Positions 33,151-43,693 are shown, counted from the stretch's first letter. The stretch: 62,194 nucleotides of DNA from a virus (IMGVR_UViG_3300000304_000005:64001-126194), one strand, 5' to 3'. Made by a program: numbers and translations. The notes: generated from the letters alone by a model not told the origin.

Positions 33151-33382
33151 ACCCTGACCACGCGCAGCGATGTACATGAAATAGTTATTAACCATCATCA
33201 TATATATTAAAATCTTCTGAAAAAGTTTAAGATTAACATTGAGATAATCCTTAACAAATCTCTGGGGATTGTCAATAACGATAGAAGGAAGTCCACACAG
33301 CTACGCCTTGCATAATACGCTCTGACTTTTCGTTAGCAATCTCTTTTTCTGACTTCTTAGTCTTATAAGACCCATCTATCAT
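33151..33382 (-). CDS. terL: Terminase large subunit, exon 1 (frame disrupted near 33272)
   Basis: ATG with GGAGG RBS overlaps the upstream stop. Reads ...[13 protein letters not shown], then [11 protein letters not shown]...YIAARGQG continues in a shifted frame. Confidence 0.85.
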
Positions 33383-33537
33383 TGGACCACCTCCTTATTC
33401 ACACCAAAATATGGATTGAGAATATAATCTATATTATACTCAGACAACAGCTCTACGTCAATATCATTTTCTTCAATTAATTCTTTGCAAGATTCAGTAT
33501 CCCATTTTCTTTGATAATTTCCTTGACGCTTATTCAT
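33379..33537 (-). CDS. Small hypothetical protein coupled to terL
   Basis: MNKRQGNYQRKWD...EVVQ; its TGA overlaps the terL ATG. Confidence 0.55.
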   Translation of the reverse strand: MNKRQGNYQRKWDTESCKELIEENDIDVELLSEYNIDYILNPYFGVNKEVVQ

Positions 33538-34558
33538 CTTCAACATCACCGCCAAACATGGCATGATATATCGCCTCGTCAGCCTCATCCTCGGTGTACT
33601 CTGGTTTCTCCACCGTATATTTCTTCATATATTCATTATATTGACGCGAATAGTCATTATCGACACCAATCATTTTACATAAATGACCAAAGAAAAAGAC
33701 AGAGATATATTTTCCTATTTTATCAACATCCCTAAGCTCTTCATCGACTTCAGGAATAGGACGAGTATTTTCCCATTTATCAATCAGCGTACCAAGAGTC
33801 TGATTCTCAGCGGTAGTATCACCGGCATTTTGCTTAGGTTGCAACTTTGCAGAATCTAGCAACTTAATATATGCGTCATTTAATTGCTTAATCTCAGACA
33901 CGTTATTTGTTTTCTGCGCCTTGTTAAGGCTAAGTTGCGTTAAACAGATATTCTTAAAAAGTTCTTCTTGTGATTTAGTACTGCATTCATGACGGGCAAT
34001 CCAGTCACTATATTGCTCATATAAGAAGACATAATCATTTCTTTCATATCCTTGGCCGAAAAGCTTTTTGCCTTCTTCAATGCGCATATCAAACTCGGCA
34101 TCATCGTCATCATAAATAGATTTAATCTCTTTTTCTTCTTTTAATGCTTCGAATCGTTCTTTCACTGTATCATCATAGGTTTTTCTATAATTTCTACCAA
34201 TTCTTGACTCTCTGATATAAAACATAATCAAAGGAGTCTCGGGGGCCTTCTCATATTGAGCCATAGCCCTCTGAAACAAAGGTTCTTTAAAATAAATATC
34301 CAAAACCATACATATACGCTCAACGGCTTTACGTTCAGGCATGTTATATCCTTGTTTAGAATACCGTTCGTAAAATTCTTGATAAAGGTCATCTATACAA
34401 TCCTTACAAAACGGAACCCTTTTATAAGTATTGAAAAAAGAACTTTCGGATTTATATAAATCATTTATATCTATTTGTCTTCCACACCTTGAACACGTCA
34501 AGCGACTAGGTTTAGCTATAGCTGGCTTTGGAGGCATAATATGCGCCATAAACACCAC
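33530..34558 (-). CDS. Zn-finger protein, candidate terminase small subunit
   Basis: CSRCG...PFCKDC N-terminus and position directly upstream of terL. Confidence 0.6.
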   Translation of the reverse strand: MVFMAHIMPPKPAIAKPSRLTCSRCGRQIDINDLYKSESSFFNTYKRVPFCKDCIDDLYQEFYERYSKQGYNMPERKAVERICMVLDIYFKEPLFQRAMAQYEKAPETPLIMFYIRESRIGRNYRKTYDDTVKERFEALKEEKEIKSIYDDDDAEFDMRIEEGKKLFGQGYERNDYVFLYEQYSDWIARHECSTKSQEELFKNICLTQLSLNKAQKTNNVSEIKQLNDAYIKLLDSAKLQPKQNAGDTTAENQTLGTLIDKWENTRPIPEVDEELRDVDKIGKYISVFFFGHLCKMIGVDNDYSRQYNEYMKKYTVEKPEYTEDEADEAIYHAMFGGDVEDE

Positions 34559-34590
34559 TTCTTCATATTCATACTTTTCTTAGCCATATA

Positions 34591-34620
34591 AAATAAGGAG
34601 GTATCATAGTCGATACCTCC
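34591..34620 (-). terminator. Intrinsic terminator
   Basis: GGAGGTATC-GACTAT-GATACCTCC followed by TTATTTT on the minus strand. Confidence 0.65.
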
Positions 34621-34814
34621 AAAACATTATTTTAAAATTTAATTATTAAATTATTAAATAGCAATTATATATTTTCCCAAATATACTATAAGCAGCTTTT
34701 GAATTTGGATTCAATGCCGCCAATTCATATCTTAGACCACTATTATTTAAAAAAATTCTAAGATTCATAGAGTAGCAACAATAAAGCTTAGAATCCATTT
34801 TAACATCTATCTTA

Positions 34815-36029
34815 TTAAAACTTTACATCATAAAAACAATCTAGGCAGTCAGTTTCATTAACAACTGCAATTATTTGTTCTGGGCGATTTCGAAGTCTTT
34901 TATCTAAACAATGATTATCTCCACCCGAAACACATCCACACGTTAATACTTTTGAATCATATACTGTATCCAAAGCATTAGTATGTCTATGTCCCAAAAT
35001 CACAATTTCTGGTTTAACTCCGAACATCATGGTAAATTTTTGAACCACATTAGAAGGCGAATCTTTATCTCCGTGAGAAGCCATAACGATATGTCCACGA
35101 ATATTAAACATCGCAACAGATTCTTCAACTTCATTTTTATAACATTTAATATTCGGGAAGTTTTGCAGCTTGGATTCTAAGAATGGAATAATGAGATTAT
35201 CAAAATTTTCTCCTTTACCGTTAGATTCCTTATCTGCAATAATGCGCGAATGATTGCCGGGACAAACAAATACAGCGACATCTTTAAACCTATAGCTAAG
35301 CTCCATCAAAAATTCTGATATATAATTAATGGCTGTTAAAAATTGCTCAATAACATTTTGATTGTTTTCAATTCTTAGCGTTGTATGAATTAATCCAGAA
35401 ATAATTTCGCCAATAACAACAGTTGCACTCTCAGAATTATGACGTGCCTGTACTTTAAAAATCTTATCTAAATATGAATTCAAGCGTTGCTTAAGAACAT
35501 TTTCATTAAATGTATTATAAAAATTGTCTACATTGATACCTGTATGAAGGTCGCTAAGGGTAACGATTAAATCATTATCGCTCTCTATAGCAACATCAAT
35601 CTTTTTATTTTCATTATAATCTAAAGTTTTTACATCGCATTCACGTACAGACCTGATAATCTGGTCTTTAAAACTTTCCTTACGCGCTTCCTCGCGAAGC
35701 ACTCGCCTTAATTCATTACGTTCATCTCGAACTTTAACTTTTTCTTTCTCAAGTTCTTGCTTTTGAAAACGAAGTTCTGATAGATATGCATCTTCTGCAT
35801 CAGCGTTGAATACACCAGCATCATAAAATCTCTTTGCTTGCTGATAAGGTTTTCTAAAAGTGGCTTCAGTGAGCGGTGAATCTTCAAGACACAGCTCTTT
35901 ATTCAATATATCTGCAACTTCATCCCAACCAACGTCCAATAGACCAGAGTCTTTATATTGGCATATTCTCCAAATAAACTGTTCATCATTCTCATTTTCT
36001 TGCTTCTTTAAATCCAATTCATACACCAC
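34815..36029 (-). CDS. Calcineurin-like metallophosphoesterase (SPbeta YonJ-like)
   Basis: SDLHTG, IGE, PGNHSR, SHGD and LGHRH metal-binding motifs. Confidence 0.85.
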   Translation of the reverse strand: MVYELDLKKQENENDEQFIWRICQYKDSGLLDVGWDEVADILNKELCLEDSPLTEATFRKPYQQAKRFYDAGVFNADAEDAYLSELRFQKQELEKEKVKVRDERNELRRVLREEARKESFKDQIIRSVRECDVKTLDYNENKKIDVAIESDNDLIVTLSDLHTGINVDNFYNTFNENVLKQRLNSYLDKIFKVQARHNSESATVVIGEIISGLIHTTLRIENNQNVIEQFLTAINYISEFLMELSYRFKDVAVFVCPGNHSRIIADKESNGKGENFDNLIIPFLESKLQNFPNIKCYKNEVEESVAMFNIRGHIVMASHGDKDSPSNVVQKFTMMFGVKPEIVILGHRHTNALDTVYDSKVLTCGCVSGGDNHCLDKRLRNRPEQIIAVVNETDCLDCFYDVKF

Positions 36030-36357
36030 CTCAGCTTTAAAAGTGGCTTAATAGGTCAGACACCCATTTTACGCAGGCATCTTCCAAGCCTTTCTTTTGT
36101 ACATTGCCGGTTGTTTTAATTTAAACTAATCCGACCTATCAAAAAAAATAAGCATAGAATTTTAACTCTATGCAACAAAAGTAATATCTTTCCTTCACGT
36201 ATCATATAGAACAAAGGAGCTACTGCGACCATCATAAAGACAGCCGCAGCAGCAAAGCTAAGAAAGGTGTAAGAATATGAACACGCAAAGAAAGCCGCCC
36301 CAAATTTGGGGCATTATATAAACGGTTAAATAATAACCGAATATACCAATATAAAAA

Positions 36358-36687
36358 TTACTCTTTAGAATTTTTCAGCTTCAGCAGCTTATCACAGTAA
36401 TAACGAGTAACATTTGCTTTAGCCTTGATTTTCTCAAGAGTATCAATAGTTTCTCCTGTAAGATTGTTTGTTTTCACTTTAGTCGGGAGAAACTTGCTAT
36501 CAATGGAAATACCTTCGAATAGACGTAAGCTCACGTCGTTATCTTTATCTGCCGTTGCAAGCAAAGCCATGATTTCATTTTCAAGCTCTTCATATATCTT
36601 TTTGACCAAGTTTTTACGAATACGAGCAGACCTTGCAACCATCTTGATAATTTGAGCTTTCGTATATACAGTCTTGTTGTTTTCCAT
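36358..36687 (-). CDS. HU/IHF-like DNA-binding protein
   Basis: TKAQIIKMVA...VSLRLFEG...TNNLTGETI...KA pattern; position matches SPbeta yonN. Confidence 0.75.
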   Translation of the reverse strand: MENNKTVYTKAQIIKMVARSARIRKNLVKKIYEELENEIMALLATADKDNDVSLRLFEGISIDSKFLPTKVKTNNLTGETIDTLEKIKAKANVTRYYCDKLLKLKNSKE

Positions 36688-36845
36688 TATTTATACCTCC
36701 AAATTAAAATAGAAGGAGGCTGAGAAAAACTTAATATTTTGTTCGTCTTTCATATATTGAGATTTTAAAGTTTTATAAACAGCCTCATTTTTACGTTGTT
36801 TGTTTATTTCAGTAAAATTGATATATAACCTTAATAATATGTTGT

Positions 36846-37928
36846 TTAATTAAGCTGAGGGGTAGACCCTACATCCTTTTTTCTTTGCCTATATCGCTGC
36901 ATTTCTAACCGCTTTAACTCTCTTTTGTGCTCTTTTAAGCAACTATCACAACGACAAGTTGCAGAATCAAAAATACTTACCTCAAACCATTCACCACAAT
37001 CAACACATTGAATTTCTTTGGTTTTCTTTTTAATCTTGCTAGACAAGTTCTTATAAATAACATCACCATAGCAAAGCCAAAGAGCAGTCTTATTAGCGCT
37101 CTTTTTAATTCCATATAGATACTTGACAAGAATATCAACTATATCATCTTCGCCTTTACCATATTGAGAAAGAGCAGAACGAATCTCATTGACAATACGC
37201 GCAAGTTTCGTTTGCATGCGCATATATGCTTCGCTTCTATCATTACCTTTTGAACACAGAGCGCTATCTAGTGCAAGATAATACATCTTATCAAATTCAC
37301 AATATTTAACAATAATAGGTTCGGTTTCTTCTTGAATGATACGACCATTTGTCGCAAACGAAACATCGAATTCAATATCTGGATTATTCATCAGTAAACG
37401 ATAATCAATATCTTCTATATCGAGTTTTCTTAAATTGATACGCGGATTTGGAATCATTGTTTCGAGCTTATTGACAAAGCTTAAATTTGCAGGAATGATT
37501 TGATTATCATTTTTATCCTTAGCATATTTAAAGAAATGTGGCAGCGGGTTATTTGTGAATGAATTGATTTTATCATTTACTTCATCTGGACGTGTTGGCT
37601 TATATAAAGTTTTCGCATAATCGATAACGAAATTATTTTCCATGCACAAAATTTTAATCAAATCAACAGCATCTTTTTGCTCATAGATATCGCCGTCAAC
37701 AAAGATATCGCTATTCCAAATCTTAGAGATATTGTTGCTGTATATTCCGATGTTTCCTCCGACAAATGCTGCATTCAAACCATGGTAAATCGATTCATTG
37801 CTTAGGATAACCGGTTCTGCTTTCTTCATATCGTAATACAGAGGAACAATATCAAACTTTTTAATATTGCGCTTTGCTACATCAATAATTGTTTTATCTG
37901 CAACTACAAGCGACTTATCTCCGTCAAC
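36846..37928 (-). CDS. yonO: YonO-like single-subunit RNA polymerase, exon 3
   Basis: Starts VDGDKSL, completing QFD|VDGD. ENNFVIDYAKT motif and C-terminal Zn ribbon. Confidence 0.88.
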   Translation of the reverse strand, partial: VDGDKSLVVADKTIIDVAKRNIKKFDIVPLYYDMKKAEPVILSNESIYHGLNAAFVGGNIGIYSNNISKIWNSDIFVDGDIYEQKDAVDLIKILCMENNFVIDYAKTLYKPTRPDEVNDKINSFTNNPLPHFFKYAKDKNDNQIIPANLSFVNKLETMIPNPRINLRKLDIEDIDYRLLMNNPDIEFDVSFATNGRIIQEETEPIIVKYCEFDKMYYLALDSALCSKGNDRSEAYMRMQTKLARIVNEIRSALSQYGKGEDDIVDILVKYLYGIKKSANKTALWLCYGDVIYKNLSSKIKKKTKEIQCVDCGEWFEVSIFDSATCRCDSCLKEHKRELKRLEMQRYRQRKKDVGSTPQLN

Positions 37929-38302
37929 CACAATTAACCATATAAGATTAACTGTAGACTATATCATAACCATATCCTTTCGGACTTAGGTTCTCGGCGC
38001 TTCCAAACAAGGGATTACACCTTGAATGTACTCTACTCAGTTATTTGCATATAACCATATCTGTTAGACTTAGGAAATATGCTATCCTTTCGATAGTCGT
38101 TACACTTATGCAAATCCAAAATAATCAATATACTTGTATTCAGTCATTTTGCCATCCTCTCTAACAAAATGACTTGATTTGCATTTAGCACGGGATTCCT
38201 TTCGGTTCCCCGTTAGCACGATTATAAAACCGCACACCCTAGATTTCTAGGTTCACCGAGTTTTATTTCTTATAGTTTCCTATAAGTTCGACATTAATGG
38301 TC
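37929..38302 (-). ncRNA. Group I intron RNAP-I2 (374 nt) inside the catalytic DxDGD motif
   Basis: P1 TTCGAT| pairs with GTCGAA. Core GCTAACGGGGAA, AATCCCGTGCTAA, GTAACGACTATC, ATGATATAGTCTAC. Terminal G at 37929. Confidence 0.92.
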
Positions 38303-39376
38303 ATCGAATTGGAGAACTCTACTAATTAAATCCTTAACGCTCGTATACACAGCATTAGTGCAGAACCATTCACGAATCCAATCTCGTTTATCGCATTCAT
38401 AATACGCCATGTTCTTTCTCACGGCATGTTCCAAAAACAGGTGTGGACTTCTCAAACAATCCAATTCTCCGTCTTTTCTAAACAGCCAACAGAACACCTC
38501 TCCGTTATCAAGAAGGCCATTAGGAGAATCGAACCCTAAAAACCAATGCTCGCATGCAGCATAGAAATCTGGAAGGATGAACGTATACTTCCCATGAACA
38601 TCGAGCTTACCGGCTTTACACTTTTTAACAATACTATCTTTGATACGTCGTAAATGAGATTTTGCGTATTCATCGTTTAACAGTTCAGGATAGATATCGA
38701 TACATTTTTGGAAAGCGGTTTTGTTCATATTATACGGTGTTACACCGAATACATTCTTGATATTCTGTATATTGCCGCACAGATTGGTTAGCTTATCAAC
38801 AGAAGGTTCGGTTATCTTCTCAATCTCTTCATCTGTGATGTCTGTCAAACTCTGTAACATCTGATAGTTGATTGTAGCGTCCTTAATCCTATCTTCCTCG
38901 ACATTCGTCACGCCTGCGGTACAATGATATTTCTTATATTTCTCTTTGTACTCGTCCCAGTCAGAATAGTATTTATACAATTTAAATTGGCTTTTTGAAA
39001 AGATGACCTGAATACCTTCGGCGATAATGTCATGTTCAACACCGTATATATCTTTGATGATAGGCGAGCATTCATGATAATCGATAAATTTCAGATAATC
39101 GAATACCCCGAGCAAGCCTTTTACAAACGGTAGGCGCACCATCATATTCTTCTGAGGAACACCGAAAGCATTAGGTAGCATCATACCGGCACCATCTGTA
39201 TGAGCGATAGGCTTATGTCCATGTTCGCGAGTAATGGTGTAATCAATATCGCTTACGAAATCAAATGTACCGAATACTTCCGTCTCGAAATCATCAATCA
39301 CGATGGACTTATCAATATCGAATTCTTTCCACACATCTGTAGCCGAGTTGCTTAAGGCGAGATATGCTAAATGTTT
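38303..39376 (-). CDS. yonO: YonO-like RNA polymerase, exon 2
   Basis: KHLAYLALSNSAT...HTDGAGM...VRLPFVKGLL...CLRSPHL...RVLQFD; 358 codons. Confidence 0.9.
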
Positions 39377-40784
39377 CCTTTATACCCCCGGTTTCCCGGT
39401 ACTTTAACACTGATTTAACAGTGGGAGTAGACTATATCATCACCCCATGTCAATTCATGGGCTTGTACATTACAAGGACATCTCGTGTGCGGCACTTCGC
39501 AATCAGGAATTTCACCTGAAAGCTACTCCTTTCGGATAGTCGTTTGACCTTCCTCATTAAGAGGCTTGGCACAGGATTAACATATAAATTATAATTTTAT
39601 TTTAAACTTCATTTATTTTGTAATATATGAATCTTATTTAACAAATCATTACAAGATTGTGTTAAATCTTCATCAAATCTTATTTCATATAAAAGTATAT
39701 TGTTTGATTTACAATAATCCTTTTTCTTTTTATCACTATAGTTTCTTTGATATGAGCCAAAGTAACCACAGTCTATGTAATGTTGTTCTCCTTGATATTC
39801 TATAAGCATAATTACATTAAGCTCGTTATCAAGTATGGCAAAATCAAACCTTAAAAGATTTCCGCTTTTATTTCTTAAATCATCAAATGAATATTCGCGA
39901 ACATACATGATGTTGTTTTCAGTTAAGAATTCCGACAATTGCATTTCGCCCTTTGATTTATTTCTATCACATCCGCAACTCGTTGTATTTCCACTTCTAA
40001 GGTTACCGCCTTGACATACAACAATGTTTCCGCAGTCACATTTACATTTCCACATAGGACTCGTCATTATGCGTTTTTCTGTCCTATAAACATAATCTTC
40101 CGCTCTCTCAATAACGACAAGTTTACCAAATCGCTTACCAGTTAAGTCAATTAGGCCATCACCTTTGTGCTTCGTTGTCATACAACCACATGATTTTACA
40201 TGTCCGTTTTTGAGGTCTTGCGATGTTGCAATCTTTTTATTACCGCAATCACATTCGCACAACCATGTCGGTTTCTTTTGCCCTCCTTGTGAAACATGTG
40301 TACCATGCCGTTTAACAACTGTTAATTTGCCAAACCTTTTGCCAATCATATCTGATATCTCTTTTGGTTGAGAAATAATTTCTTTATTAAGACATCCACA
40401 AGATTGTGTCGCACCGCTTCTTAAAGAATAAGAGTTGATATATTTAACATTCCCGCATTCGCATTGGCAAATCCAATAAGCCCCTTTATCGCTGCTAACA
40501 CTTTTATCTCGTTCTATAACAGTTAGTCTTCCAAAAACTTGTCCGGTTAAATCAATAAACCTTCCCATAACACCTCCTTTTTATTTTTTCAATTATTTGC
40601 AAACGGAATTTATAAAATGAAGTTTATTAAAAATTATAATTTACTTAGTCTTTCCCTGTTAGCACATTTTCAAGCCATCATTTCCTATGGCTCCTTTGTA
40701 TACAACAAAGTGAAATGTACACCCTATATTTATAGGTTCACCGCATTTTCGATACGCATTGCTGCGCAAAGGAACTATATATTA
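39377..40784 (-). mobile_element. Group I intron RNAP-I1 with endonuclease ORF
   Basis: P1 GAAT|TA pairs with TAGTTC. Core GCTAACAGGGAA, GTTAATCCTGTGCC, AAACGACTATCC, ATGATATAGTCTAC. Terminal G at 39377. Junction NNPN|KHLAY. Confidence 0.92.
39609..40568 (-). CDS. Intron-encoded PD-(D/E)XK endonuclease with three AP2/Zn-like repeats
   Basis: Three DLxGxxFGxLxV...WxCxCxCG...L..G...SCGC units, then SKGE...LRFDFAI...IEYQGEQH. Confidence 0.85.
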   Translation of the reverse strand: MGRFIDLTGQVFGRLTVIERDKSVSSDKGAYWICQCECGNVKYINSYSLRSGATQSCGCLNKEIISQPKEISDMIGKRFGKLTVVKRHGTHVSQGGQKKPTWLCECDCGNKKIATSQDLKNGHVKSCGCMTTKHKGDGLIDLTGKRFGKLVVIERAEDYVYRTEKRIMTSPMWKCKCDCGNIVVCQGGNLRSGNTTSCGCDRNKSKGEMQLSEFLTENNIMYVREYSFDDLRNKSGNLLRFDFAILDNELNVIMLIEYQGEQHYIDCGYFGSYQRNYSDKKKKDYCKSNNILLYEIRFDEDLTQSCNDLLNKIHILQNK

Positions 40785-41528
40785 ATTCGGATTGTTACCA
40801 CCTTTAGCATTGATATCATCTAGAGTAAGTCCGCACATAATAGACTTTTCGTATTTCTTCCATACAGACTCTTTAACGAAAACGCATTTCTTGGTTCTAA
40901 TCTGTCCAGCACTCGATGTGAAATATATGTATTTCTCGCCCTTATACATAAATCCGTTGTAAATCAAATCCTGAGCAACAGAGAAATAGAATACCTTGAT
41001 AATCATGAAATCATCTGAGAACTCATTCGGCTTTGCTCCGATGGTCCGTGTAAAATACGAATCGAACACCGAGATAACTTTGTTATCCGACACAGCATCA
41101 TCTCTAAGTTGACGAATATGATGTCGAGAATCAGATGAGATATTGGCATTCACCTTGTTCTCTAAAAGCTTAAGCAATCTATCTTTGATTTCCTTTGCCT
41201 TTTTATTCTTGTGCGAAACAAGTTTTCTCTTGTCTATGTATTCATAACAGAGGCTAGATACAACAGCAGCATCATCGCCGTGAATAGAAAAATCATAATC
41301 ACCATTAGAAATTTGTTTGATACATTCATTATCGATTTCATACTCGTTTCGTAACCTTCTTTCAATCTCCTTGGTACCGACAATAGTTTTCCTGCCAGAC
41401 TTGAAACCATTGATAAGCTTGTTCTTTTCCAAGCGAATCTTATGGTTGATGTCGTGCAGACGCTTTTCTTTATTGCTATAGAAATCAGAAGTATCCAAAG
41501 CAAGCACATTAATCTGTCTATCAAGCAC
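40785..41528 (-). CDS. yonO: YonO-like RNA polymerase, exon 1
   Basis: GTG start; FTSSAGQIRTKKCVF motif. Spliced product about 966 aa. Confidence 0.88.
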
Positions 41529-41757
41529 GTATCTTCACCTACCAAAGTATATAATGTTAATAATTAACACTTGTTTCAAAGACTTTTTTATTATACCATG
41601 TATTTAATATCTTTATACATATGATTTTTTCTACATAAAATCCCCACATAAACAATCTTTCTGTAATCTTTTCTTCTTTTTGGGTAATAAGTATATCACT
41701 ACGAAATGATTATAGCAAATCACCACATAATCATCATAATAGATTGGAGTATGGAAT

Positions 41758-42144
41758 ATGCCTACAAGACCAAGAAAATATATATGGGTTAACAAAGAAT
41801 ATTTCGGAATCGGATTAGCACCGTTGGACATACTGATATTATCGCATATAGAAGAAGAGACAACGCATAAAAGATGTTGCGAACTTACAAACAATGATTT
41901 CGCAGATATGTTTTCAGAGACATTGTACGCAGTCAAGAAATCTTTAGCTAGGCTTAGAGATAAAGAATTTGTTCTACAAGACACCAGATATCTATCGGGA
42001 GTAGGCAAGGCAACCAAGAAAAGATATCTCATTGCAAACAATGATATCGGCAAGGTGATATTCTCTAATCTAGATGAATATATAGAAAGAACAAGACCGA
42101 AGAAAAGAGGAAGACCTTGTAAAAATCAAATGCAAGAAACATAG
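41758..42144 (+). CDS. Winged-HTH protein resembling replication-initiator N-termini
   Basis: LTNNDFADMF...VKKSLARLRDKEFV; divergent from the late operon. Confidence 0.6.
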   Translation: MPTRPRKYIWVNKEYFGIGLAPLDILILSHIEEETTHKRCCELTNNDFADMFSETLYAVKKSLARLRDKEFVLQDTRYLSGVGKATKKRYLIANNDIGKVIFSNLDEYIERTRPKKRGRPCKNQMQET

Positions 42145-42540
42145 ATTAACGTCTATGAATAACACAAATTAACATCTGTGAATAACTTAAATTAAAATTT
42201 AAGAATGACATAGACTAACGTTTATAAATTAAGAATAGCATAGACTAATGTCTATGAATAACAAATAAATTGAAAACACTAAATAACTTATATGTTCGCT
42301 GCGCTCACAATGATAAACTTGTCAGAACTATAAACTTGTCAGAATTGAAAATTCCCATATATAATATATATAGTTAAAAAATCAATTCTGACAAGTTTTG
42401 TGCATGATATGTGAAGATTGAAATCTCAAGAATGAAATTTTCAAATATGAGTATAATCAAGTTTGACATAAAAGTTGTCAAGATTGAAAATTTCAATATA
42501 TATATTATATATGTGAAAAATCAATTCTGACAACTTTTTA
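42140..42540. repeat. Repeat and inverted-repeat cluster, candidate replication origin
   Basis: Three CATAGAYTAAYGTYTATR copies (42140, 42209, 42239). 17-bp IR 42332-42348/42382-42398 and a second IR 42470-42487/42521-42538, each around a TA-alternating core. Confidence 0.6.
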
Positions 42541-42618
42541 AAGCCGTGGTGCGAAGCATCCACGGTATAAGTTATATTGATTTATCAATTCTTATCGTTT
42601 TAGAGAGTGTGTCTTCAT

Positions 42619-43587
42619 ATGAATAATAATCAGTATAAGCTATTTGTGAATTATGTTTATAAATATAAAGAACTATGTTCCATATTAGAAGAAGATGTAA
42701 AAACAGGTGGTGCTAAAACCAACCAATTAAAGAGATGGAAAGGTTATTTCGATTGGATTAACCCTACTAAGCAAACATATAAGATTACAGAGATATATGA
42801 TTCTCCTGTTATAGTCGAAGACGGTAGAAAGAATAACGGAGGTTCCAGAGAAGGTTCTGGTGCCAAATTGAAATTACAGGAAGAATTTGATTATCTGTTC
42901 AATATGTTTCTACATCGTGAATTCAATCGCAATGTATCTAACGGACAAGGAGATGTCTGTTCTACTCATTTCTTCAATGGCGAGATAAGCAAGTATTTCG
43001 GTTTATATGGAGACAGATTCTATAGTGCCAAACAAGATTTTTCGGATATTGCAGTTAGGCATTTCAATGACAACGGTAAGATTTCGAAGAAGATATCTGT
43101 ATTCAATAGTTCTTGGGACGATATAGCGAAGAAGATTATCGAGAAAAGAAACTCTTGGGTATACAAGAAGATTGAACGTATAGATGGTATTGAGTTCGGA
43201 TACGGTATTATCGCTTATAAAAATGAAAAGGACTTTGAATATCATGATGAATGGTTAGATAGATGGAATGGATATATGAAGGACTATCTTAGAGCAAGGA
43301 AGATGAGGACTATATCCGATGTTGTAGATATGGGATTGTGGGATGATATGGTGTCCTATATATCTGGTTTCTTTGAATGGTACGAGAGAGTCGAGAGGAC
43401 TAGGTTAATCAAGTTCAATGTCGATATGCTTTATGATTACGATTATGATATAAAGGATATATATAGAAAAAGATATAATGATAAGGTATGTGATGATGTG
43501 CTGAGGTATTTCAGCAATAGAGTAGGCGATGAAGAATATAGGATGTATGAATATATCGTTGAACATTATGTTAGATTGCATATATAA
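42619..43587 (+). CDS. Hypothetical protein
   Basis: 322-aa ORF followed by a terminator; no motif recognised. Confidence 0.75.
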   Translation: MNNNQYKLFVNYVYKYKELCSILEEDVKTGGAKTNQLKRWKGYFDWINPTKQTYKITEIYDSPVIVEDGRKNNGGSREGSGAKLKLQEEFDYLFNMFLHREFNRNVSNGQGDVCSTHFFNGEISKYFGLYGDRFYSAKQDFSDIAVRHFNDNGKISKKISVFNSSWDDIAKKIIEKRNSWVYKKIERIDGIEFGYGIIAYKNEKDFEYHDEWLDRWNGYMKDYLRARKMRTISDVVDMGLWDDMVSYISGFFEWYERVERTRLIKFNVDMLYDYDYDIKDIYRKRYNDKVCDDVLRYFSNRVGDEEYRMYEYIVEHYVRLHI

Positions 43588-43693
43588 TAAAATTACATAT
43601 AATACACAATATGTAGTATGTTTTAATATATTTTAATACAATATATAGTATATATTTATAATAATATATAGCAAAAATAAACATATATTTATC

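Noticed and set aside
37929-40784. Group II introns or inteins
   Set aside because: No GUGYG start, domain V or reverse transcriptase, and no C/S...HN-C/S/T intein ends. The interruptions contain stops and end in G.
12-41545. Plus-strand ORFs over the late operon and minus-strand ORFs over the early region
   Set aside because: Antisense or alternate-frame shadows of real genes, with no RBS or motifs.
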